51,123 bases of DNA. Origin: Pseudomonadota bacterium. Lineage in GTDB: Bacteria; Vulcanimicrobiota; Xenobia; RGZZ01. The notes beneath the pieces are model-generated. The model was not told the DNA's origin. It made no database searches and worked only from the letters and a program-made list of their open reading frames with translations. The stretch spans positions 1 to 51,123 of the forward strand of contig RGZZ01000001.1 in the NCBI GenBank assembly GCA_010028905.1, written 5' to 3'. Both the position numbers and the translations under genes were made by a program. This document shows positions 20,371 through 29,330 of the stretch, piece after piece. Position 1 is the first letter of the stretch. The number at the start of each line of letters is the position of its first letter.

Positions 20371-22692
20371 ATGCAGATCCCTGATTCCACGTCCGCCGCC
20401 CAGACCGCCAGACTGTCCTCTCGCGCCGCGACGCCTTCTGAGTCGGTCGCCGCTCCTCCCGAGGTATGCGATCGGGTGCAGGTGTCGTCTCCCGCGCCCG
20501 CGCGAGCCGCGTCCGCCGCATCGGCGAAGCCTGCGCCTGTCTCCGAAGCGCCGGCCCCCGTGGCACAGAAGGCGGCCGAAGCACCGATGGCCCTCATCGC
20601 ATCGTCGACAGCCAGAGCTGAGGCCCAGGCCGCGCCTCGCGTGCTCCTGGCCGAAACAGCGGTTCCGACGGCCTCGGCGTCCCTGCTGGGGCTTGCGCCC
20701 GCATCGTCCCCACCTGATGTGAAGCCCACCAGCGCGGGATTCGATCTCTCGAACCTCGACCCGAGCGTGAAGCCGAGCGAGAACTTCTTTCGCTACGCCA
20801 ATGGGGGCTGGATCGACAAGAATCCCATTCCCGCCGAGTTGCCTCGCTGGGGGCGCTTCCTCGAGCTCAACGAGAGCAACGTGCGCATCTGCAACGACAT
20901 CATGCGCGATGCCTCCGCCGCAGCCCTCACAGCATCCAAGGGCAGCGACCTCCAGAAGATGGGCGACTTCTACGCCAGTGGCATGGATGAACAGGCCATT
21001 GAAGCGGCGGGCCTGACGCCGCTGCAAGCCTCGCTCGACGCCATCGACAAGATCAGCAGCCTCGACGAGCTTCGCCGCGCGGTGGCCGATCTGCACGCCA
21101 GCGGTGTCAACGCGTTCTTTGCCATCGGATCGACACAAGACGCCAAGGACAACACCCAGGTCATCGGCGAGGTCGACCAGGCGGGGCTCGGGCTGCCCGA
21201 CCGCGACTACTACTTCAAGACCGATGAGAAGTCGTCTGCGATTCGTGCCGCGTACGTCGATCACATGGCGAAGACGTTCGAGCTCATGGGAGACAAGCCA
21301 GAAGACGCTCGCGTCAATGCCGAGACCGTCATGGCCCTCGAGACCGAGCTCGCGGCCCATTCCCGCACCCGCGTGCAGCTGCGCGATCCGGAAGCCAACT
21401 ACAACAAGACCGATCGCGCGGCGCTGAGCGCCCTCACCCCGAACTTCGACTGGAACGGCTACCTGGCTGACGTGGGCATCGCAGACGTGAAGGAGCTCAA
21501 CGTGGGCCAGCCCGAGTTCTTCCAGGCACTCGACAGCGTGCTGGCCACGCGTCCTCTCGGCGATCTCAAGACCTACCTGCGATGGCATCTCATCGACTCC
21601 AGCGCGGGCAATCTCTCGAAGGCGTTCGTCGACGAGAACTTCCACTTCAAGGGAACCGTTCTCAGCGGCACGCCCACCATCCGACCTCGCTGGAAGCGCG
21701 TCGTGGGTGCGGCTGACGGCGCCATCGGCGACATCGTCGGAAAGGCCTATGTCGAGAAGACCTTCCCGCCCGAGGCCAAGGCCCGCGTGGGAGAGATGAT
21801 CGACAATCTCAAGGGCGCGTTCCGCGAGAGCCTGCAGAACCTGTCTTGGATGAGCCCCGAGACGCGGACCAAGGCCATCGAGAAGATGGACGCCTTCACC
21901 GCAAAGATCGGCTATCCGGACAAGTGGAAGGACTACAGCGATCTTGAGATCAATCGGGGGCCCTTCGTGCTCAACGTCATGGCCGCCAACCGCCATGCGT
22001 TCGCCCAGGACCTCGCCAAGATCGGCAAGCCGGTCGACCGCACGGAGTGGCACATGACGCCACAGACGGTGAACGCCTACTACAACCCCCTCCAGAACGA
22101 GATCGTGTTCCCCGCGGGCATCCTGCAGCCGCCCTTCTTCAACTTCGCGGCCGATGACGCCGTGAACTACGGGGGCATCGGTGCGGTCATCGGGCATGAG
22201 ATGACGCACGGCTTCGATGATCAGGGAGCGCAGTTCGACGGCGAGGGAAATCTCAAGAACTGGTGGACTGACAGCGACCTGGCCAACTTCCATCAGCGCA
22301 CTGACGCCGTGTCGGCGCTCTTCGACACCTTCGAGGTAGAGCCCGGGCTCCACATCAACGGCAAGCTGGTGACCGGAGAGGCGACGGCCGATCTGGGCGG
22401 TGTCACGCTCGCCTATCGCGCCTTCGAGCGTTCGATGGAGGGGCGTCAGCGGCCGGACAACATCGACGGGTTCAGTCCCGAGCAGCGCTTCTTCCTCGGG
22501 TTCGCCCAGATCTGGGCGGGAGCGCAGCGTCCCGAGTACACCCGGATGCAGGTCACCACTGACCCTCACCCGTACGCTCCCTTCCGGGTCAACGGTACGC
22601 TCGAGAACCTGCCTGCGTTCGCAGATGCGTTCAACGTGAAGCCGGGCGATCCGATGACGCTTCCTCCGGAGAAGCAGATCCAGATCTGGTAG
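20371..22692 (+). CDS. M13 family zinc metallopeptidase (PepO / endothelin-converting-enzyme-like)
   Basis: HEMTHGFD zinc motif, NAYYNP, GEATADLGG and the characteristic C-terminal …QIW. GGAG SD upstream. Carries an unusual ~130-aa Ala/Pro/Ser-rich N-terminal extension. Confidence 0.9.
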   Translation: MQIPDSTSAAQTARLSSRAATPSESVAAPPEVCDRVQVSSPAPARAASAASAKPAPVSEAPAPVAQKAAEAPMALIASSTARAEAQAAPRVLLAETAVPTASASLLGLAPASSPPDVKPTSAGFDLSNLDPSVKPSENFFRYANGGWIDKNPIPAELPRWGRFLELNESNVRICNDIMRDASAAALTASKGSDLQKMGDFYASGMDEQAIEAAGLTPLQASLDAIDKISSLDELRRAVADLHASGVNAFFAIGSTQDAKDNTQVIGEVDQAGLGLPDRDYYFKTDEKSSAIRAAYVDHMAKTFELMGDKPEDARVNAETVMALETELAAHSRTRVQLRDPEANYNKTDRAALSALTPNFDWNGYLADVGIADVKELNVGQPEFFQALDSVLATRPLGDLKTYLRWHLIDSSAGNLSKAFVDENFHFKGTVLSGTPTIRPRWKRVVGAADGAIGDIVGKAYVEKTFPPEAKARVGEMIDNLKGAFRESLQNLSWMSPETRTKAIEKMDAFTAKIGYPDKWKDYSDLEINRGPFVLNVMAANRHAFAQDLAKIGKPVDRTEWHMTPQTVNAYYNPLQNEIVFPAGILQPPFFNFAADDAVNYGGIGAVIGHEMTHGFDDQGAQFDGEGNLKNWWTDSDLANFHQRTDAVSALFDTFEVEPGLHINGKLVTGEATADLGGVTLAYRAFERSMEGRQRPDNIDGFSPEQRFFLGFAQIWAGAQRPEYTRMQVTTDPHPYAPFRVNGTLENLPAFADAFNVKPGDPMTLPPEKQIQIW

Positions 22693-22716
22693 TGCGGCCT
22701 CGATACAGAAAGCATA

Positions 22717-22745
22717 AAGGGCGCCTCGACGAGGCGCCCTTTTTC
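22717..22745 (+). terminator. Rho-independent terminator, probably bidirectional
   Basis: AGGGCGCCTC-gac-GAGGCGCCCT is a 10-bp stem followed by TTTT. On the other strand the stem is followed by TTTAT. It sits between the convergent M13 peptidase and glycine-zipper genes. Confidence 0.75.
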
Positions 22746-22803
22746 ATGTCTGTCTTTCGGGGAGGTGGGTCTGGCCGTGTGCGAGGAGACGGCCGGAAGA
22801 GAC

Positions 22804-23217
22804 TCAGTGGAAGAGGCCGAACACGCCGCCAACAGCGCCGCCGATGACACCGCCCACGGCGAACCCGACGAGTGCCCCTGCCTTGGTGCCGACACCGAGG
22901 TAGCGCTCTTCGAGCGTCGAGGCGGCCAGTCCGGCTGCGCCACCGATCATCAGGCCGGGCAGACCGAAGTGCGAGCCGAACTGCGCACCAGCATAGGCAG
23001 AGCCGCCGATGGCGGCCGCGCCGCCTGCGATGGCGCCGAAGATGGTGCCAAATCCGGACCCGACGGCCGCGCCCGTGGTGACGCCTTCGGATACGGAGGT
23101 TCCCTGGTACTCACTGCGCTTGAACGTGTCGAGCAGCCCCGCCTGGGGCTTTTCAAGGCTCACCCGCTGGGGGCGCGCAAACAGGTTCGGAGCTTGCGAC
23201 GTCAGGTCACGTATCAC
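22804..23217 (-). CDS. Glycine-zipper membrane protein, unknown function
   Basis: GTG start with GGGAGGA 7 nt upstream. Gly/Ala-rich hydrophobic segments (GAAVGSGFGTIFGAIAGGAAAIGG; GALVGFAVGGVIGGAVGGVFG). Confidence 0.6.
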   Translation of the reverse strand: MIRDLTSQAPNLFARPQRVSLEKPQAGLLDTFKRSEYQGTSVSEGVTTGAAVGSGFGTIFGAIAGGAAAIGGSAYAGAQFGSHFGLPGLMIGGAAGLAASTLEERYLGVGTKAGALVGFAVGGVIGGAVGGVFGLFH

Positions 23218-23405
23218 CGAGGTATCCTCCCACGTCTCTGGTCGGGCCAGCGCTGCTGCGCAACCGCCACGCCAGCTCGCATGGGCTGCGCGGACGCAAT
23301 GGCCTCTTCTACGAGTATAGGGAAGGTTCAGGGGCTTGTTGTGAACCCGGTGTGAACAGATGGGCCTGCCGAGCCGGGGCAGCGCATGGACGCTCGGCCG
23401 CGCCT

Positions 23406-25607
23406 CTAGCCGGTCGAAGGGATGCGGGGGCGCGGGCTCACGGGCGACCCGCCACGCGGGCTGAACATCCCGTTTACCGATGCGCGAATCCAGCCTTCCG
23501 TCTCGGCTCTCGAGCTCGCCTCGATTCCGCTTCGGGCGAAGACCGGGTCCTCTTCGAGGATCTGCAGGAAGATGTCGACCAGCTTGGGGTCGAACTGCGC
23601 GCCGCTGTTCTTGATCAGCTCCTGGACGGCCTGATCGATGGAGAGCGCCCTGCGGTAGGGGCGATGGCTGGTCATGGCGTCGTAGGCGTCAGCCACAGAG
23701 ATGACCCGCGCCTCGAGCGGGATGGCGTCGCCGCTGAGCCCGACGGGGTAGCCTCCTCCCGAGCAGTAGCGCTCGTGGTGGTAGAACATGAACGGGATGA
23801 TCTTCTGGAATGCCTTCACGGGCATCATGATGGCCGCGCCGTACTCCGGGTGACGCTTCATGATCGCAAACTCGTCATCGGTCAGGCGGCCCGGCTTGTT
23901 GAGGATCTCGTCGCGAATGTTGATCTTGCCCACATCGTGCAGCAACGAGGCATAGCGAAGGAAGTCGAGATCTCTTCCGAACAGCCCCACGCGCTCGCCG
24001 ATGCGCACCGAGTAGACCGCCACGCGCTCGGAGTGCCCGCGGGTGTAGGGGTCGCGGGCATCGATGGCGTTGGCCAGGGCGGTGATGCTCGAGACGAAGA
24101 GCTCGTGCAGCTCGTTGTGGAGCTTGGCGTTCTCGATGGCGATGGCGGCCTGGTTGGCCATGTTGACCAGAAGATGGAGGTGCTCGTCGGTGAAGTCTCC
24201 GCTGTCGCGACGGGCGCTGATGTTGATGACACCGGTGACGCGGTCGCGCACGAGCAGGGGCACCGATAGGGCTGAGTGCTTCTCTCGGGTGCTGCGTGAG
24301 TCGTGGTGCTGCTCGCCCTTGTGCAGCAGCAGCGGCTTGCCGGATTTGGCGACCTTCCCCGCGATGCCCTCGCCGAGACGCAGGCGCACGCTGTTCACCA
24401 CTTCCTCCGGCAGCCCGCAGGCGACCTCGACCACGAGCTCCTGCGACTCCTCGTTGAGAAGCATGATCGACCCTTGCGTCGAGTCGAGCAGCTCGATGGC
24501 GTGGTCGAGAACGCGCTGCAGGACCTGGTTGCGCTCGAGCTCTGAGTTGATGGCGGTGCCGATGGAGAACAGCGCGCTCATCTCGGTGGCGCGCTTGCGG
24601 GCTCGGTCGTAGGTCTGTGCGTTCGCGATGGCGGCCGCGGCCTGGGAAGCCATGATCGATACGAGGGCCAGGTCGTCTTCGGTGAAGTCGCTGCCGTCGC
24701 GACGGCCCTTGATGTTGAGCACGCCGATGACCTTCTCGCCAGATACCAGGGGAACGCAGAGCGCTGACTTCAAGACCTCGCCGCTCGTCGTCTGGGCCTT
24801 TCCGCTGGGAAGGATGCGCGCCTTGCCTTCCTGTGCGACCTGGCCGGAAACCCCCTCGCCCATCGCCACCCGAGTCGACGCCACGATGTCTGGGCTGAGG
24901 CCGCGTGAGACCGCGATGGTGAGATCGGTGCGCTCGGCGTTGAGCAGCATCACCGATCCTTCTTCCGCTCTCAGCAGCTCGAGCGCCCCCTCGAGTACGC
25001 TCTCGAGAACGTCGTCGGGGCGAAGGTTCGAGGTCACCATCTCACCGATCTTGTGAATGGTGGTGAGGGTTCCCACGGTGCGATGCTGTCGCCGCCGCTC
25101 TTCGAGGAGGGAGAGCAGCACCTGTCGCAGCGAGGCGAGGCTTGCTTCCACCTCGCTCAGTCGGTCATCGGGCACGATCGCTGCGTCAGCCATGAGGCGC
25201 GGGGTGAGAAGCAGGCGTGGGCCGATGGCGTCGAGCAGCGCGACCACCTGCGCCTCGCTGGGGCGCTTGGAGAAGGTCGGTCCGCAGATGAGGGTGCTGA
25301 CGCGGTGGCCGTGAACCTCGACGGGAAGGACCCAGGCCCGTGCTTCTCCCGCCAGGGGGACGCGGGTCAGGGGGGCGCTGACGGCTTCGATCAGTCGGGT
25401 CCGCGCAGAGGACTGCCCTGTAAGGAGCGGGTGGAGCGGGTCGTCGCCGTGTGTGACACAGAGAACTGCGTCGCCCTGGCTGTCGCAGAGAGAGATGGAG
25501 AGCCGCAGGGCAGAGGCCATGGCTTCGAGGACGGGCTTGACCGTGCGGTCATCGCTCACCACAACGCGAGATCCGTTTGACGGTGCCGATCGATCGATGC
25601 CGTACAT
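23406..25607 (-). CDS. HD-GYP domain phosphodiesterase with two GAF domains and an N-terminal sensor-like region
   Basis: HDVGK and HHERYCSGGGYP are the HD-GYP signature. Two GAF-like units present (…GEGVSGQVAQEGKARIL…; …GEGIAGKVAKSGKPLLL…). Start set to ATG 25607, 1 nt after the upstream stop. Confidence 0.88.
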   Translation of the reverse strand: MYGIDRSAPSNGSRVVVSDDRTVKPVLEAMASALRLSISLCDSQGDAVLCVTHGDDPLHPLLTGQSSARTRLIEAVSAPLTRVPLAGEARAWVLPVEVHGHRVSTLICGPTFSKRPSEAQVVALLDAIGPRLLLTPRLMADAAIVPDDRLSEVEASLASLRQVLLSLLEERRRQHRTVGTLTTIHKIGEMVTSNLRPDDVLESVLEGALELLRAEEGSVMLLNAERTDLTIAVSRGLSPDIVASTRVAMGEGVSGQVAQEGKARILPSGKAQTTSGEVLKSALCVPLVSGEKVIGVLNIKGRRDGSDFTEDDLALVSIMASQAAAAIANAQTYDRARKRATEMSALFSIGTAINSELERNQVLQRVLDHAIELLDSTQGSIMLLNEESQELVVEVACGLPEEVVNSVRLRLGEGIAGKVAKSGKPLLLHKGEQHHDSRSTREKHSALSVPLLVRDRVTGVINISARRDSGDFTDEHLHLLVNMANQAAIAIENAKLHNELHELFVSSITALANAIDARDPYTRGHSERVAVYSVRIGERVGLFGRDLDFLRYASLLHDVGKINIRDEILNKPGRLTDDEFAIMKRHPEYGAAIMMPVKAFQKIIPFMFYHHERYCSGGGYPVGLSGDAIPLEARVISVADAYDAMTSHRPYRRALSIDQAVQELIKNSGAQFDPKLVDIFLQILEEDPVFARSGIEASSRAETEGWIRASVNGMFSPRGGSPVSPRPRIPSTG

Positions 25608-25608
25608 G

Positions 25609-26400
25609 CTAAGACCCCGCTTCGGCCAGTCGACGGGCGGTGGCAAGCTCTTCGGGGGCGTCGACGTTGAAGCCCACATCCGGGCAAGGGCTCTCGATGC
25701 CCACGGTCTCTGCCTGCATGAGCAGCGACATGCGCTCTTCGGCGTCGCGCACCGAGAGCATGCCCAGGAGGAGCTTGAAGATGATCTTCGGCCCCAGAAT
25801 CCCGGCCAGCTTCCAGGGACGCTTGCGCGCGACGGTCATGCGGTCGATGAAGGCCTGCGCACGCGTCACCGATTCAGACGTGAGCAGAACGAGCCCGCCG
25901 CCGCAGAAGGTGCCTTCTCGCATCTTCACCCACGTGTGTCGCAGTCCGGGGTAGCGCGACTCCGAGGTCTCGCGCCGCACATAGGAATAGTGAACCTCAG
26001 CGGGGCGCTTCACGCATCGGTCGAGGAAGTCGACGATGCTGCCCGGCTCGAGAAAGCACATATCGCAGGGGATGGCGAGGAGCGGCGCGCTGCTGTCAAC
26101 AACGGCGCGCATGCCGTTCTCCACCGACTGGATGAGCGTGCTGCCCGGTTCAGCCACCCGATCGACGCGCGCGAGGATGGCGGGGGGAACGTCTTCCTTC
26201 CGCGCCACGAGAACGCGCTGCCCGATGCGGCTGCGACAGCCATCGAGGGCGTCGAGCACGCGCTCGACCATGAGCCGACCGCCCAGAGGAATCCACGCCT
26301 TGTGCTTGACGAGCGGCACCACAGGTCGCAGGCACTCTTCCAGCGATCCGCCGGCCAGCACGATTGCGTTGACCACGCTGCTCATCGTACCTCCCGCCAT
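25609..26400 (-). CDS. Nucleotidyltransferase family protein (MobA-like NTP-transferase fold)
   Basis: N-terminal NAIVLAGGS…PLVKHKAWIPLGG resembles the sugar/MobA nucleotidyltransferase glycine-rich loop. Specific substrate not inferable. Confidence 0.65.
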   Translation of the reverse strand: MAGGTMSSVVNAIVLAGGSLEECLRPVVPLVKHKAWIPLGGRLMVERVLDALDGCRSRIGQRVLVARKEDVPPAILARVDRVAEPGSTLIQSVENGMRAVVDSSAPLLAIPCDMCFLEPGSIVDFLDRCVKRPAEVHYSYVRRETSESRYPGLRHTWVKMREGTFCGGGLVLLTSESVTRAQAFIDRMTVARKRPWKLAGILGPKIIFKLLLGMLSVRDAEERMSLLMQAETVGIESPCPDVGFNVDAPEELATARRLAEAGS

Positions 26401-27320
26401 GTTCGAGTGATCAAGGTGTGACCCAGGCCGCGCCCGCGGATGAGCGCCGCGGCTTCACGCGCGGCCGCCCGGTTCCGAGCGAGGCCGAAGAAGACCGAGC
26501 CGCTTCCGGTCATCAGCGCCCCCTCGCAACCGCCTTCCCTGAGGGTCAGCAGAATCGTCTCGAGGTGAGGGTAGCGCTCCATCACCGCATCCTGGAGGTC
26601 ATTGTACAAGTTCGCCGCAACCCCTGCCAGATCTCCCGTCTGCAACGCGTGCAAGACAGCATCGACGCGACCCTGGGCCGCGGGCGAGGGGCGTCCTCCC
26701 GTGAGCTCGTCCCATCGTCGGTAGCACCAGGCCGTGGGGATGCGCTCTTCCGGCTGCACCAGAACCGCCCAGAAGGCCTCTGGCACGCGCAGCGCCGTGA
26801 GGCGCTCGCCGCGCCCTTCGGCCAGTGCGGCCCCACCCTCCACCATGAACGGCACGTCTGAGCCGAGGCGGGCTGCCACCTCGAGGAGAGCAGGTCGCGA
26901 GAGCGGCGACGTAGCGCTGCTCGTGGCCATCTCAGCAAGCATGCGCAGTGCGGCGCCGGCATCTGCGCTGCCTCCCCCCAGCCCGGCCTGCGAAGGGATG
27001 CGCTTGGTGAGAGCCACGTCGAGCTCTGCGGGGGCTCGGCCGCCCGTGGCGCTGATGTAGGCCATGATCGCCCGGACAACGAGATTGCTGCCATCGACGG
27101 GGACATCTTCACCGCCGCCGCTGACACGCAAGCGGACGTTCGGTGACGATGACAGTGGACCGCGACCCTCGATGGAGAGTCGGTCTGCAAGCTCGAGACT
27201 GATCATGATCGAGCGCAGGCCGTGGAAGCCGTCTGGGGTGACCCCCGTGATCTCGAGTGCCAGGTTCAGCTTTGCGGGGGCCGCACCATGCGCGCTGAAA
27301 CAGGCGGTTTCGATGCTCAC
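26382..27320 (-). CDS. ispE: 4-diphosphocytidyl-2-C-methyl-D-erythritol kinase
   Basis: APAKLNLALEITG and the GHMP-kinase motif PSQAGLGGGSADAGAAL. Start trimmed to GTG 27320, which overlaps the upstream stop (GTGA). The track's 390-aa version has a junk N-terminus. Confidence 0.85.
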   Translation of the reverse strand: MSIETACFSAHGAAPAKLNLALEITGVTPDGFHGLRSIMISLELADRLSIEGRGPLSSSPNVRLRVSGGGEDVPVDGSNLVVRAIMAYISATGGRAPAELDVALTKRIPSQAGLGGGSADAGAALRMLAEMATSSATSPLSRPALLEVAARLGSDVPFMVEGGAALAEGRGERLTALRVPEAFWAVLVQPEERIPTAWCYRRWDELTGGRPSPAAQGRVDAVLHALQTGDLAGVAANLYNDLQDAVMERYPHLETILLTLREGGCEGALMTGSGSVFFGLARNRAAAREAAALIRGRGLGHTLITRTWREVR

Positions 27321-29308
27321 CGCGGGGTCGACCGGGTTGGCGGCGGGATCAGGACCACCCGCTCTTTCGTTGCTGTCGCCATCAGGTCCATGAGCTCCTT
27401 GAGCTGCGGATACTGGGCCAGGGTGACCTCGGGATGCCTCAGCACGATGCGGCTGAAGTAGTGGATGCCTCGCGCATCGGCGCGAACGTCGATCTGAAGA
27501 GAGCCCACAGTGTTGCTGCGGGTCACCGAGTGGGGGAGTGTCTTCACGGTCCACCCTGAGGGGATCACGATGTCGAGCCGTCGCTCTTCATAGGTGGTGG
27601 AGCCCAGCACGACCGGATACTTGCGACGGTCGGCAGGCAGCTCGGCGTAGCTGATGAGGCGTCGCTGCGGCGTAAGGGGAATGGCGAACTGGAACCCCTC
27701 ACCGTCGCTGGGGCGGCTTCCCGCGCGCGACTCCTCGAAGCCGATGGTCAGCTGCAGCGGGCCATCGCTCGAGCTCGGCACGTAGAAGTCGCGCAGCACG
27801 GCGGTCGGATTGATGTTGGCCACGATGAGCTGGAAGACTTGCTGCTGCTCCTTCTGGCTGGTGCTGTTCACCATCGAGCGCCAGAGGATGTTGTTCGCGC
27901 CATGCTCGGTGAGAACCAGACGCGTCTCCATCGACCCATCGGTGTCGAGACGCGCCACCCCCCGGATCTCCTCGCGGTTTGCGTGCGGGGGCGTCAGCTC
28001 TGTGGTGGTGAGCTGCCCCTGGCCGTTGAGAACCAGGGCCGGGCGGTCGTTGCGTCCGGGACCCAGCACGCCAGGCGCGCTCGCCGCGGGGTCGAGCCAC
28101 TGCCACCCGGCAGGTGTAGCCACGGCGACGAGAACGCGGTTGAACTGCTGCAGCGACGGTGTGCCTCGGGTAGGATCACCGTAGTCGGAGGTGGCGACGA
28201 GGGCGGGGTAGGCACGGACGTTGGCCGCGCGAAGCATGGCCGCGAGAAGCACGGCACGGTCCTGGGCCACGAGATCGACGGCCTTGAAGGCTTCAGCCGC
28301 GGTGGCGGGAGGCAGCGTGTCGAGGTCGACCTCGCCCTTGGCCAGGGGCTTCTCCTTGTCGAGCCAGGCCATGATGGCGCGGATGCGCCCGTCGTCAGTG
28401 GTCTGCCGGCTCACGAGGGCCGCGGTCTTCGCGGTGATGCCGGCATCCGGGGCGAGGGCCGCCTCCCAGACTGTTCGTGCCCAGGTCGCGAAGTCATCCC
28501 ACGAGGTGAAGCTGCTGACCTGGATCTGCGTGGAGATCTGGCGCAAGGGGGGCATGGCGGCTTCTTGTGCGAGGGCGGGGCGGTTCTCGAGATGCCAGCG
28601 CAGAACCGTGCGCCCGTTAAAGCGTTTCACCTCATCGGGCTGGAGCCCGAGCATGCCGGGCGTGGCGATCTCGACGGCGAGCCGATCGGGCGTGTCGAGG
28701 GTGAAGCGCGTGTCGACGATGGGCTCGAAGTCCTGGGTGTACGAGATCTCCCAGAAGCGCTTCGCGGGCCACGGCACGCGACGGCGATGGGTGAGCTTGA
28801 ACTCGACCACCGCGCCTTCGGCCACCTCGCCGAACGTGATGGTCTTCATGTGCAGGCGCTGATACAGCGGGGAGTGCGTGAATCCGCTCGCAACAGCGTC
28901 GGTGACCGCGCTTGCGGGAACGGTCGTCACCTGCCCGGATGGGCTGGTGACCCGGGCTTCGGTCACCTCGAGGGTCTCTGTTCTCGAGTCGTACACGCGG
29001 GACGTCCGCCCGAAGCGCTCGACGCCGTTGCGGTCGAGAACCTTGATGGCGTCGTACTCCACCAATTCAGACGTGCCATCGGCATTGATTGTCGCCTGGA
29101 TGTCGTCCTTCAGGATGATGGCGGAGGCGTCCGGGAACTTCTCCTTGCCCGGCGCGTCGGCGAAGGGCGAGGTCGCCGTTCTCTCGCTGGCGCGCGTCGG
29201 CGGCGACGACGCAGGGGAAGGCGCGGCGGTGGGGGCGCTCCAGGCGTGGGAGAGCGCTCCCACCCAGAGCAGGCTGGCGGTCAGTACGGTCGCGTGGAGC
29301 TGGCGCAT
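27317..29308 (-). CDS. Secreted DUF3857 / transglutaminase-like domain protein
   Basis: Signal peptide MRQLHATVLTASLLWVGALSHAWS. The N-terminal region resembles DUF3857 (…AIILKDDIQATINADGTSELVEYDAIKVL…) and the central region resembles a transglutaminase-like core. Family call is from memory of the architecture. Confidence 0.65.
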   Translation of the reverse strand: MRQLHATVLTASLLWVGALSHAWSAPTAAPSPASSPPTRASERTATSPFADAPGKEKFPDASAIILKDDIQATINADGTSELVEYDAIKVLDRNGVERFGRTSRVYDSRTETLEVTEARVTSPSGQVTTVPASAVTDAVASGFTHSPLYQRLHMKTITFGEVAEGAVVEFKLTHRRRVPWPAKRFWEISYTQDFEPIVDTRFTLDTPDRLAVEIATPGMLGLQPDEVKRFNGRTVLRWHLENRPALAQEAAMPPLRQISTQIQVSSFTSWDDFATWARTVWEAALAPDAGITAKTAALVSRQTTDDGRIRAIMAWLDKEKPLAKGEVDLDTLPPATAAEAFKAVDLVAQDRAVLLAAMLRAANVRAYPALVATSDYGDPTRGTPSLQQFNRVLVAVATPAGWQWLDPAASAPGVLGPGRNDRPALVLNGQGQLTTTELTPPHANREEIRGVARLDTDGSMETRLVLTEHGANNILWRSMVNSTSQKEQQQVFQLIVANINPTAVLRDFYVPSSSDGPLQLTIGFEESRAGSRPSDGEGFQFAIPLTPQRRLISYAELPADRRKYPVVLGSTTYEERRLDIVIPSGWTVKTLPHSVTRSNTVGSLQIDVRADARGIHYFSRIVLRHPEVTLAQYPQLKELMDLMATATKERVVLIPPPTRSTPR

Positions 29309-29330
29309 TTGATTTCTCTCGTAGTGGGTC

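Noticed and set aside
20236-22569. 777-aa minus-strand ORF opposite the M13 peptidase
   Set aside because: Same reasoning. The plus strand carries HEMTHGFD and other M13 motifs, and the minus-strand product is low-complexity Arg/Gly/Leu/Val.
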